Shown here in pieces: positions 54,904-64,000 of a stretch of DNA of 64,000 nucleotides. The notes below the pieces were generated by a model. That model was not told where the DNA came from. It made no database searches and saw only the letters and a list, made by a program, of their open reading frames with translations. Both the position numbers and the translations under genes were made by a program. How positions within the stretch are numbered: position 1 is the stretch's first letter; every line of letters begins with the position of its first letter. This stretch comes from a virus (taxonomy: Duplodnaviria; Caudoviricetes). The DNA is taken from IMG/VR virus record IMGVR_UViG_3300012664_000155, positions 925 through 64,924 of that record. The stretch is one strand, 5' to 3'.

Positions 54904-55631
54904 TAATATTTACTTTGGAATACGTTTGAATGCACTGCAAAAATCTCTGCGTAATCATCAGTCTGTAACGACAGCTCTACCTGCATATAGTGACCTCTAG
55001 CTCCATAAGATTCAGCAACGCTGTTCTTAACATATACTATCATATCTCCAGGAGAAACAGGTGCTAGTGGCGCAGCTGACAATGTAACCGTATTAGCTGT
55101 ATGCAACAATACAGTACCAACCTTAACCAACGAACCTAATACAACCTTATAGATTGTGTCTCCATCGCTGATGTTATTACCGATGTTAAATGAGAAGTTG
55201 ATTACAGTACCAACAAGAGATAGAGCCTGACCAATTCCTTGTGTAGATAGCGCTCTAGTATCGTAAGCCTCATCATCATTTCTTCTGATGTACGCGTAGA
55301 ACTCTCGTTCTTTCTGTTTAAATGCACCAATCTCAATCTCTCTCTGAACTAAATCTGTGTTTATCTTCGCTGCCCAAGCCTTGTTACTATCTAAAGCTAC
55401 GGTAGTAAACATCTTAGTATCTTGAGCTTGATTATTTAAAATAGGCGTAATAGAAGAAGGATACTGAACTCCATAGAACTCATTACGTTTCGCGTTATCA
55501 TCGTGTTTGTATAACTCTCCGTTCTTAAACGTATAAAATGAATTATTTATTCCAATCATCCAATCAGGTATAAATGACCATCTTGAGGTCCATCCTTCGG
55601 ATCTTGGTGAGTATGTTAGCGTATCTTCCAT
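54903..55631 (-). CDS. tail structural protein
   Basis: TLTYSPRSEGWTSRWSFIPD resembles the C-terminal part of stabilisation proteins. Confidence 0.6.
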   Translation of the reverse strand: MEDTLTYSPRSEGWTSRWSFIPDWMIGINNSFYTFKNGELYKHDDNAKRNEFYGVQYPSSITPILNNQAQDTKMFTTVALDSNKAWAAKINTDLVQREIEIGAFKQKEREFYAYIRRNDDEAYDTRALSTQGIGQALSLVGTVINFSFNIGNNISDGDTIYKVVLGSLVKVGTVLLHTANTVTLSAAPLAPVSPGDMIVYVKNSVAESYGARGHYMQVELSLQTDDYAEIFAVHSNVFQSKY

Positions 55632-55635
55632 TCTA

Positions 55636-55643
55636 CAAATTTA
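55636..55643 (-). promoter_or_regulatory. -7 box (TAAATTTG)
   Basis: TAnnTTTG directly upstream of 55631. Confidence 0.5.
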
Positions 55644-55653
55644 CGTATTATAA

Positions 55654-57315
55654 TTAAATTGTGCAATCGCTTGATTCAGAAACTGTTCCTGATTCAGTAA
55701 CTTTTACAACGTATGTACCTGTCTCAATATTATACCATACATTTCCTCCCATTAAAGGATTAGTTCCTCTTGGATCTACAAATATGATATCGTTAACATC
55801 AGGAAGCGCTCCATTTCCGTTATGGTAAAGCAATGAATAAACTCCAGTTAATGCGCATGATGTAAGTAAATCTTCTGATACGTTCTCAATATCTATAGCA
55901 AATGGAGTAAGTGAATTACTTGAAACAATAACTATATCCACAGTAACAGGTGCACTTGTACCAATTACATTTGTAGCAGTAAGCTCCATTGGGAATATAT
56001 AACCTTCTGTAACTGAACCATATAACCTACCTGTGTTAATGTCAAAATCCAATCCTTCAGGAAGAACACTAGATACTGAAGCGCCTAAGTTGGTATATCC
56101 ACCATTACCTAAAACTATAACTGGTGTTGTTGATGATGCAATTGTTATCGTGTCGTTTATATTAACCGTTACTCTAACTGTATTAGCGTATTTATCTGTG
56201 TACGTGAATATTGTCCCTGTATCACTTCCTGTTAACTCATAGTCATCCATGTCAGTTATAACATTCCATGTATCTACATGAACATCAGCCTGAAAGTTAA
56301 TATTAACGTATTCTCCTCTTACAATAGCTACCTCTCCCTGTGTAATTGTAGGGGCAACAATCGGTCCATAGTCAACGTCTCCGCCACTAATTGCTTGACC
56401 AGATCCATTTACAAGTGCCCATGTCAATCCACTTACAGGTGGTGAAACCATTATAGTAGGACTAACTAAGTGGTACGCGCTTCCTCCATTAAATCTAACC
56501 AATCCATTAGCATCAGTAAATATATTGTTTCCTGCTGTTGGAACTAATCCAGAGCCATCGTGCCACATCTGAGTATTTGCAATCTGATCCTTAACTGTTG
56601 ATTCAGTACCGTCGTTAGGAGCATAGATATAAAATGATGTAAGTGCTGGCAAAGTTCTGCTTACCGTCCAATCGTTACCTGCTGAAGGTGAGTATGTATA
56701 GAGTTCTGCTGTTGTGATGTCAGGAGAAAACTTATTGAATTCCAATGATCCAGATGTTGAGTTTACAAGACCTGTATCCCCAACTACCGCATTGTTATAC
56801 TTAAGTACAAACTGAGTGTCTACAGCTGAAGCTACAGAATAGTCTAAGCTAGCAATACCAACATTAGTTCCGAAATCAACTGTGATTATTTTATCTGATT
56901 CATCACCAACATAATTAGCTGAAGTACCTGACAATGTATCTACATAATCCCATAACAAATATAAATAAGGAAGAGCGTCTGGGTTATTAAAAACAAACGT
57001 ACCCTCATATCTATCCACATTAAATACCACAGGTATCTCTGTAGCTAGAGAAATCATCAAGTCCTTATCACTCTTTGTATACACCTTGTCTGATACCAAG
57101 TAATAAACCTTGTTGTTAAACTCTGGCTCTAAGCTCTTTAACTCTGTAGATATAGCTCCAGTAACCACCTTAACGGTAGCTCCGTCATATGGATAATAAT
57201 CAATTCCTCCAAAGCCAGTTAGTGCATCAAAAAGAGCTACACCATCTGCCTTGTATTCTATATTTGTATATTCATATAGATTACTATCTACCTCAAATCC
57301 GTTTGTTATTCTCAT
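55654..57315 (-). CDS. virion protein with putative Ig-like (He_PIG-type) domain
   Basis: LPEGLDFDINTGRLYG...LTATNVIGTS. Confidence 0.65.
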   Translation of the reverse strand: MRITNGFEVDSNLYEYTNIEYKADGVALFDALTGFGGIDYYPYDGATVKVVTGAISTELKSLEPEFNNKVYYLVSDKVYTKSDKDLMISLATEIPVVFNVDRYEGTFVFNNPDALPYLYLLWDYVDTLSGTSANYVGDESDKIITVDFGTNVGIASLDYSVASAVDTQFVLKYNNAVVGDTGLVNSTSGSLEFNKFSPDITTAELYTYSPSAGNDWTVSRTLPALTSFYIYAPNDGTESTVKDQIANTQMWHDGSGLVPTAGNNIFTDANGLVRFNGGSAYHLVSPTIMVSPPVSGLTWALVNGSGQAISGGDVDYGPIVAPTITQGEVAIVRGEYVNINFQADVHVDTWNVITDMDDYELTGSDTGTIFTYTDKYANTVRVTVNINDTITIASSTTPVIVLGNGGYTNLGASVSSVLPEGLDFDINTGRLYGSVTEGYIFPMELTATNVIGTSAPVTVDIVIVSSNSLTPFAIDIENVSEDLLTSCALTGVYSLLYHNGNGALPDVNDIIFVDPRGTNPLMGGNVWYNIETGTYVVKVTESGTVSESSDCTI

Positions 57316-60300
57316 TCGTTTACTGTGTTAAATACTCCGTTAATTACTGTGATCTTGTCATAACCTGACTGAATCAGAATGAACGATATATTTTTATTTG
57401 TACAATATTTTACATTAAATACTACCTTTCTAAGAGCTAGTGATGTATTTGTAGTTACATTAGCATCTATATCTTGAGATCCGAACCCATTAGCAGTAAA
57501 TCCACTTACCCAGTTAGTACCCCATCCTATATCAACTAATTCAATTTCCCAAGCGTTGTTTGTTGTGATTGTGAATAGATCAACAATATTTCCATTTGTA
57601 TTATAAGGAATTACCTTTGAAGTTCTATTAAGCTCTAGTCTACAGGCTAATATAGATGTGTCATTAGATGATAGCGTATAAAGATTGTTATGTGGGTCAT
57701 AAGCCCCTATCTTCTGAGTGTTCTGACTTGATAACATTAAATCTCTGAAGTAATCTGTCATCCAATTATCTGATATAGGCTCAATAATTTCACCCTTCAT
57801 GTTTAACACAAGACCTCTCTTAGCATCAGTAAAGTAAATATCAGTAGCATAAACAGCAAATGACTCTGGATTTAATCCAATTCCCCACTCTCCTGGATAA
57901 GCTACCTGACTTCCTAAAACCTCTTGTATTGAAACAACAGCTCCACCGCCAGCAGAGTCAGACAATAAGTTCTTACCGTATAACACCTCACTAACCTTAT
58001 CCTCTTGGAATACAACTAAGTTAGTATTTCTTGCATAAAGCTTTTGGATTGATCCGTACTCGCTATCTAAATATTTGAAATTAGCGCTTGATAAATTAAA
58101 TTCATTTAATCTATTTACGTTTGTATTCTCTCCATATGTACCACTATAACAAATAGAGTTCTTACTTGACTTCTTCTTATACTCATCAACAGTAGTCATA
58201 GCTCTTAAACTATATTCTAGTGTAGGTTTATTGAAGTCATCTCTAATTCTATAAGTCTCTAAAGCGTTTTTGTAAGACCAAGCATTAAAATCTGAGTTAT
58301 CAATATTAACATTATTTATCTGAATCTTAGCGCTATTTGAATTAGTTTGGTTAACATCAAATGAGTTGTAAGAAACTGTTCCTGGTATTGCAGGTCCTGA
58401 TCCAGGGAATGGGAGAGCAATTACAATATTGTACTGATCAATTACATCAAGTACTTCGTAGTAAGCACTAGGTATAATTGTAGTGTTACTTGAAGAAACA
58501 TAAACTTCATCACCAACCTCAAATCCATGGGGGAATTCACCTGCTGTTGGTGGTGAACCTGGTAATAACTGACCCAGATTTGTTCCTTGAGAATTATAAG
58601 TATAATCCTTATAGCTCCATCTTGTTAGGTGTTTACCATTATATATATTGAATGTTTTAGAAAGCTCATGGTAAATATCAATATCTCTTTCTTTTGGAGC
58701 TGTCTCAGCTATTATTATATTGCTAGATCTCTTAATTGAAATACTTCCTGAAGCTCTATTTATATCACTACCTGATGCATCCTCCATTCTTATTATCATA
58801 TGAACTGGGTAATCAAATGTAGATGATGCATTTGCTGGATATGAAGGGTTTGGATATTCTCCGTATAAAATAGAATACTGAATAGCAGATGTAGGATTAT
58901 AAAAATATCCTCTTCTAAATGATATATTACCTGAATTACCAGCTATTTGAGTGTCAAAGTTTAAGTATTCTCCAGACTCAATGAACCATTCCTCTATATT
59001 ATCGTATTGTGCATTTGCATAAAATGTTTTAGAATAAGAAAAACTATTAAATGGAGATTGTTGTATAGATATTGTTATAATATCTCCAGGTAAAATCTCA
59101 AAATCATTATCGTGGTCTGGAGCTAATGGTATGTACGGATAATTTCCACCTAAACCAGTTCCTCCAAAGTAGTTTAATGTATTAAGATTGTTATTAAATC
59201 CTCTAATATTTATCTTCCATGTATCATTCAATACTGGATAATTACTAAATATTACTTCAAAAAATGTCCAAACTTGAATTGGTGTATTTAATACTATAGG
59301 TATAGGAGAGCTCCATCCAGTGCTTCCATTTACAGAATCAGTCCAAACAAATGTAGTTGCTGAGTCAGCTTTAATAGTAACTCTTCTGTCATTTGGCTGG
59401 GTACTAGATTGAGATACTAATGATAAAATATTAGTATTAATACTATTATCTCCATAATAAATAGGATATTCATTATATGCCACGTTTCCATGAAAACCAG
59501 GTTGTAGTGCAGGTATAGCTGAATTAATATTTGAATCCGCTCCATACCCATCTTTATAGAACAATAGTAAACCTGCTTGCGATAAATCAGCATTACCAGT
59601 TGCTTTTATTTTAAAATATAAGCCAGCCTGAGCGCCTTGAATTCCTTCAAAGTTATCTAGTTGAGGTTTTAGCTCTAAAACTTTATACTTTTTATTAGAA
59701 AATGTAGGACCATTAGAAACAGATTTAAAAATCAAGTAATCTCCAACAGGAATTTTGTCTCTGTCTGATTCATTAATTAAGAAGTATCTGTATTCTCCAG
59801 ACACATACATATAAAGTGGGAAAATATTATAGTAATCTCCCTTATTCTGTTTGATATATATTCTATAATTTGTTGCCCAAGAAGGAGGATTATTTTTAAT
59901 CTCCAACTGCAAGCTATTACCTTTGTTTGATTTTGTAGGTGGAATATATGTAGTATTATTCTCAGATGTTAACGGAGTAGTCATACGTCCATACTTATCT
60001 AAGTAAACTATAGCAACCTCATAGTCTCTATCTGACTTAAATGTCTGAATAGGAGCATCTAAACTAGTATTATCTACAGATGTATAGTTAAGATTTAAGT
60101 TTATTGGCTCATCAATATTTTGAAACTGAGTATAGTTACCATACATAATTCTATTTCCAACAAAGTCCTGAGCCTTAGCTGTTAATGGAACATTATCATA
60201 TAATCTAGTTATTTGATCTGGTGTGATTATCGTATATGTCTTGTTATTGTTAAAAGCAAATGAATAAAATGAGTTATCATCTATATTCAAATCTTGCTTA

Positions 60301-61151
60301 TTAAATGTCTCAACTAAACTTGCATTGATATTTCTAGTATCACGCATTATTAACTGAATCTCTTTAACATTTCTATTTCCTGTCTTAAATGTAACAGTAG
60401 CTGTGTTAAACTTGTTAACCATTGACTTATTATTTCCAGCAGCAAAGTCTAATTCAAAATCTTTAGGATTGAATGATACAGCTGAGAATGGAGACAATGA
60501 ACTTAGTTGATTATCAATATATTTATATCTATACGCGAAGTAAACAAACTTCTCCTCAATATTGTTTGGCTTATCTATGTCGTTTGATAACTTAACTGTA
60601 GGTGAAGTTAATGGTGGCTCTAATATAACATCAATGTCATCATCAATTCTATCGTCATCTATAGAGTAAGATTTAGCTCTAGATATATTTATCTTTCTTG
60701 GAGGATTATAGTTATCGGTCCAATATAAGAATCCATTAACGAAGTTAAAACCTGTAACAATAAAATCCTTATTGAAATTCAATTTACTAGGAGTTGATGG
60801 AGTTAACTTATTGCATTGCAATACTCTAACTATAGTTCCAGTCTCCTCGCTAAATTCATAGACACCATCAAATTCATCAGAAGCAATCAACCAATAGATT
60901 ACGTTATCTCGCTCATTTGTAGTAGCTCCAATAGTTCTAGCGTTAGCAGCAACAGGATCAAATCCTGTAATTGCCTCTAGGTCACCTATCTTAGTATTAC
61001 CTAACTTGTTTTGTGCAGAACCAGCATTAGAGCCTTCTGATATATCGATATCAATGTTTAACGCGTCTCTGTATGAATTATCTGGAACTAATCTCTCATC
61101 TAGATCCTTGTTCATTAATCCAGATAAGAAGTTATTATTGATAGTAGCCAT
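57312..61151 (-). CDS. tail stabilisation/nozzle protein
   Basis: 1279 aa; MNKDLDERLVP, LYWTDNYNPPRKIN, FTDAKRGLVL motifs of podovirus stabilisation proteins. Confidence 0.75.
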   Translation of the reverse strand: MATINNNFLSGLMNKDLDERLVPDNSYRDALNIDIDISEGSNAGSAQNKLGNTKIGDLEAITGFDPVAANARTIGATTNERDNVIYWLIASDEFDGVYEFSEETGTIVRVLQCNKLTPSTPSKLNFNKDFIVTGFNFVNGFLYWTDNYNPPRKINISRAKSYSIDDDRIDDDIDVILEPPLTSPTVKLSNDIDKPNNIEEKFVYFAYRYKYIDNQLSSLSPFSAVSFNPKDFELDFAAGNNKSMVNKFNTATVTFKTGNRNVKEIQLIMRDTRNINASLVETFNKQDLNIDDNSFYSFAFNNNKTYTIITPDQITRLYDNVPLTAKAQDFVGNRIMYGNYTQFQNIDEPINLNLNYTSVDNTSLDAPIQTFKSDRDYEVAIVYLDKYGRMTTPLTSENNTTYIPPTKSNKGNSLQLEIKNNPPSWATNYRIYIKQNKGDYYNIFPLYMYVSGEYRYFLINESDRDKIPVGDYLIFKSVSNGPTFSNKKYKVLELKPQLDNFEGIQGAQAGLYFKIKATGNADLSQAGLLLFYKDGYGADSNINSAIPALQPGFHGNVAYNEYPIYYGDNSINTNILSLVSQSSTQPNDRRVTIKADSATTFVWTDSVNGSTGWSSPIPIVLNTPIQVWTFFEVIFSNYPVLNDTWKINIRGFNNNLNTLNYFGGTGLGGNYPYIPLAPDHDNDFEILPGDIITISIQQSPFNSFSYSKTFYANAQYDNIEEWFIESGEYLNFDTQIAGNSGNISFRRGYFYNPTSAIQYSILYGEYPNPSYPANASSTFDYPVHMIIRMEDASGSDINRASGSISIKRSSNIIIAETAPKERDIDIYHELSKTFNIYNGKHLTRWSYKDYTYNSQGTNLGQLLPGSPPTAGEFPHGFEVGDEVYVSSSNTTIIPSAYYEVLDVIDQYNIVIALPFPGSGPAIPGTVSYNSFDVNQTNSNSAKIQINNVNIDNSDFNAWSYKNALETYRIRDDFNKPTLEYSLRAMTTVDEYKKKSSKNSICYSGTYGENTNVNRLNEFNLSSANFKYLDSEYGSIQKLYARNTNLVVFQEDKVSEVLYGKNLLSDSAGGGAVVSIQEVLGSQVAYPGEWGIGLNPESFAVYATDIYFTDAKRGLVLNMKGEIIEPISDNWMTDYFRDLMLSSQNTQKIGAYDPHNNLYTLSSNDTSILACRLELNRTSKVIPYNTNGNIVDLFTITTNNAWEIELVDIGWGTNWVSGFTANGFGSQDIDANVTTNTSLALRKVVFNVKYCTNKNISFILIQSGYDKITVINGVFNTVNE

Positions 61152-62035
61152 TATTTAATTATTTTGTTTTGACCTCTAAGGCTTATTAATAATCTAGATG
61201 GATGTAAGTTACTCATACGTATCTTAGCATTTCTAAATTCTGCTTGTTTCTCATCTTTAGCTAATTTCTTTTCATACATAGGAACTCCATACTTAGAATT
61301 CAAAATACACCACTTGATGTATCTGTATACGAACTCCTCAGCTAACTTATTTACTTGAACTAATGAATCATCACCGTTCTCCATTCCGTCAGATATGTAC
61401 TCCAATACAATTGTGTGATTCTCTGCATTAGAACTGAAGTCAATAACACCATTCTGAATTCTGAATGTAGGACCAGCTGTAATCTCATCAGGCTGCATAC
61501 CATAGTTACCACCAATATTTCTAGTGAAATACCAGTTATCATCGAATAAGTAACCATAATCCCCATTAAACGGACCTGGACCTGTATAAAGAGATTGAGT
61601 CAATCTAGTTAAATCTAATTCAGATGTAGACTCAACTGCATTTCCATCTTGATCAAATATAATTGTACCATCAGTATTTTGATTGTAATGAACCGCAGAG
61701 TTAGGTCTTCTATTCTCAGCTAATAATCTCAATCCACCTTTATGCTCAGTGTAAATCTTGACATAATTAACATAGTCTTGAGGTAATATAAATTTCAAAT
61801 TTTCAGCTACCTTAAGCTCTAATACTTTAACTGATCTGAATGCATCAATGTTAAGCAACTTGATAGCTTGTTTTGCATGAAATAATATTTGGTAACGCTT
61901 CACGTTAGCAACCATTTTATCATTACCTACATACATCAACATAAAGTTATTAACTATATCAGCTAATGTTACATACTGATAATCACCCCAATTATCAGAG
62001 TCACTATAATATTGTTGTGGAGTTAAATTTGGCAT
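61151..62035 (-). CDS. tail tubular/ring protein
   Basis: FILPQDYVNYVKI, LEYISDG; position between capsid and nozzle. Confidence 0.65.
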   Translation of the reverse strand: MPNLTPQQYYSDSDNWGDYQYVTLADIVNNFMLMYVGNDKMVANVKRYQILFHAKQAIKLLNIDAFRSVKVLELKVAENLKFILPQDYVNYVKIYTEHKGGLRLLAENRRPNSAVHYNQNTDGTIIFDQDGNAVESTSELDLTRLTQSLYTGPGPFNGDYGYLFDDNWYFTRNIGGNYGMQPDEITAGPTFRIQNGVIDFSSNAENHTIVLEYISDGMENGDDSLVQVNKLAEEFVYRYIKWCILNSKYGVPMYEKKLAKDEKQAEFRNAKIRMSNLHPSRLLISLRGQNKIIK

Positions 62036-62038
62036 CTA

Positions 62039-62740
62039 TTAAATCTTTTCTTGTTTATCTTGTATTTCTTCCTGTTTAGCAGCTTGAACTACCTCTGTCT
62101 CTCTGATTGATAATCCAGCGTATTGTAATATCTTAACAATCAAGTTATTCATATCACTCTCTGGTAATTCAAAATCTTGATAATCCGCTGCATTTTGATT
62201 AAATATAGGATCATTAGCGCCTATAGATTCATAAGTCCATTTCGGAGCTTTAGGATATCTAATGTAATCAGCAGAAATATCACTTGTACTATATATGTCT
62301 GGATATACTTTAATACCAGTATTATCCATTGTGTAAACAGGATATATAGCGCTAGGAGCTGTTAGATTAGAAGTATTTAACATATGTATCTTATTAATAC
62401 TTACATTCTCTACCTCTGTGCCTGTATTTACAGACATAACTCTATTCATCTTGTAATAATCAGATGGATATTCAAAATATGGAGACGCATAATTAAGAAG
62501 AAAATCAGGAACAATAAATGTATCAATTACATTCTCTATTCTTCCTGGAATATTCGCATAATCATCACCGTGAAGGTGTGCATTTTGTCTGTTTATAGCA
62601 CCGCTATATTGATAGAAGTAGCTCTCAAATATCTCTTTTTGAGCTTGGTCAGCATAAAGGTTAAACTCCATTGGAGTGATGTAACCACGATTATCCTTGC
62701 TTAATATAGATAGAACAGTATTTCTTACGTTATCAATCAT
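62039..62740 (-). CDS. head-tail adaptor/ring protein
   Basis: RGYITPMEFNLYA, DYIRYPKAPKW, FELP. Confidence 0.65.
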   Translation of the reverse strand: MIDNVRNTVLSILSKDNRGYITPMEFNLYADQAQKEIFESYFYQYSGAINRQNAHLHGDDYANIPGRIENVIDTFIVPDFLLNYASPYFEYPSDYYKMNRVMSVNTGTEVENVSINKIHMLNTSNLTAPSAIYPVYTMDNTGIKVYPDIYSTSDISADYIRYPKAPKWTYESIGANDPIFNQNAADYQDFELPESDMNNLIVKILQYAGLSIRETEVVQAAKQEEIQDKQEKI

Positions 62741-62757
62741 CTGAATTATTTTATATG

Positions 62758-62765
62758 CAAAGATA
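62758..62765 (-). promoter_or_regulatory. -7 box (TATCTTTG)
   Basis: TAnnTTTG upstream of 62740. Confidence 0.55.
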
Positions 62766-62767
62766 AT

Positions 62768-62794
62768 AAAAAAGGCACTATGTAGATAGTGCCT
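62768..62794 (-). terminator. rho-independent terminator
   Basis: aggcacta/tagtgcct stem with A7 (U-run on minus). Confidence 0.75.
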
Positions 62795-62805
62795 AATTTG
62801 TAGTT

Positions 62806-63570
62806 TTAAATTTCTCCGAATTCGTTTTGGAGATATTCATATAGCTTAACTCCATCGTCAGAATGTAACCACGTCATCAACGCGTCACTTGGCTCTACAC
62901 CGAATGGAACTGTAAGGATTTTCTTTTTATTGTCCTTTAAGTTGTAGTAAAGATCTTTACCACCTCTGAATGTTACATAACCTTCATTGATAGCTCTTGA
63001 TGCAATATTACTAATACTTAAGTCTGGATCATTAATAGCATCTAAGAATTCATTTGGATAGTTCTTAGCAAATACTAAGATATCTCTTTTCAACTCAGTA
63101 GATGACATCTTATCAACATCACCATTAAGGTAAACACGACCAACTGCAAGCATAGTGTTTAAATCTAACTCACGAGCTGCAATCAACGCATCAACTTCAC
63201 TGAATAATTTCTCTACCGAATCAGATGCTTGTTTTTCTGCATCATATTCATAGAATAAAGTACCTCCATTTAATTTATTACCTGGATGGTAGCTTAAGAA
63301 CTCTTGTAATACTGGGTTTGTTTTTGGAACATCTAATACTCCATCTTGGAATACAATTGGCTCTAAGATAACATTTTCATCCTGCTCGTCCATAAATACA
63401 GACTTCTGATTTCTTGCATATCTTAATGCTCTATTTGTTTGATTATCTTCATCGTAATACAACAATCTCTTTGTTTGAGAGTCTCTTGATGCGATAAATA
63501 ATGCTAATGGCTGTAAGTCGCCACATAAAAGATAAGTTCTATCTTTTTTTTCTACTTGTTTCTTTTTCAT
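62806..63570 (-). CDS. hypothetical structural/assembly protein
   Basis: 254 aa directly downstream of capsid gene. Confidence 0.7.
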   Translation of the reverse strand: MKKKQVEKKDRTYLLCGDLQPLALFIASRDSQTKRLLYYDEDNQTNRALRYARNQKSVFMDEQDENVILEPIVFQDGVLDVPKTNPVLQEFLSYHPGNKLNGGTLFYEYDAEKQASDSVEKLFSEVDALIAARELDLNTMLAVGRVYLNGDVDKMSSTELKRDILVFAKNYPNEFLDAINDPDLSISNIASRAINEGYVTFRGGKDLYYNLKDNKKKILTVPFGVEPSDALMTWLHSDDGVKLYEYLQNEFGEI

Positions 63571-63591
63571 TTTAATTTTAATTATAATTTA

Positions 63592-63628
63592 CAAAAAAAA
63601 ATAGAGGAGGACACTGATGCCCTCCTCT
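63592..63628 (-). terminator. terminator after major capsid gene
   Basis: agaggagg/cctcctct stem with A-run. Confidence 0.75.
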
Positions 63629-63638
63629 AAAGTTATTC

Positions 63639-64000
63639 TTAGTCTTGGAAGATAACAAAGTTGTTAGCTCCTAAAGTACATAATGCACGCTCAGACAAGA
63701 AATGAACTTCCATAGCATCTAAAGAGCTATTTGTAGCACCACCAGCAGACCCAGTGATCCAAGTTTTCATTTTTCTGTCTTCAGCTTCGTTAGCACGGTA
63801 ACGGATGTGTAAGAATGGACGTTTCATGTTTTTACCAACTACTTCGTCATAAACTGAAGTTGTACCAGCAGGAACTAAAACACCATTAACTGCACCACCT
63901 GTAATACCACCACGTAAGTCAGCAGCATTTAAGTATTTCCAGTCTGTTTTGTAGAAATCGTAACCTCTACGGAATCCTGTAAATCCTAAGTTCAATGCCA
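63639..64000 (-). CDS. major capsid protein, C-terminal part (runs off window end)
   Basis: GFTGFRRGYDFYKTDWKYLN...FLHIRYR...FLSERALCTLGANNF; followed by a strong terminator. Confidence 0.8.
   Translation of the reverse strand, partial: ALNLGFTGFRRGYDFYKTDWKYLNAADLRGGITGGAVNGVLVPAGTTSVYDEVVGKNMKRPFLHIRYRANEAEDRKMKTWITGSAGGATNSSLDAMEVHFLSERALCTLGANNFVIFQD

Overview
The window is nearly the whole genome of a tailed dsDNA phage with podovirus-type morphogenesis genes. The host is inferred to be Bacteroidota/Flavobacteriia, from many TAnnTTTG (-7) / TTTG (-33) promoters and a DUF3127 gene. The window starts in the N-terminus of the major capsid protein gene and ends in its C-terminus, so the contig is probably circular and only slightly longer than 64 kb. 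Layout: (1) minus-strand late block, 1-17.1 kb: scaffold, portal, terminase, lysis, tail fibre/spike and small basic proteins; (2) a divergent wHTH regulator and a complete groEL-groES operon, 17.2-19.5 kb; (3) an unusually RNA-rich island, 19.7-23.7 kb, with tRNA-Ile2(CAU), tRNA-Lys(CUU) carrying G33, a tRNA-Leu-like RNA whose anticodon arm is replaced by a mini-ORF with triple stop plus a giant hairpin, several multi-helix or pseudoknotted RNAs, and a type III hammerhead ribozyme at the end of a ~315-nt structured early leader; (4) plus-strand early/replication block, 23.7-43.7 kb: many small ORFs, two inverted iteron/AT-core elements, DnaA-C-like protein, C5 methylase, GIY-YIG endonuclease, exonuclease, primase-helicase, SF2 helicase, VRR-NUC and metallophosphoesterase; (5) minus-strand virion block, 43.9-64 kb, including a 2713-aa polyvalent protein. 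No DNA polymerase, integrase, reverse transcriptase or CRISPR array was seen. All family assignments come from motif recognition by eye, and RNA structures were folded manually. No searches were run.
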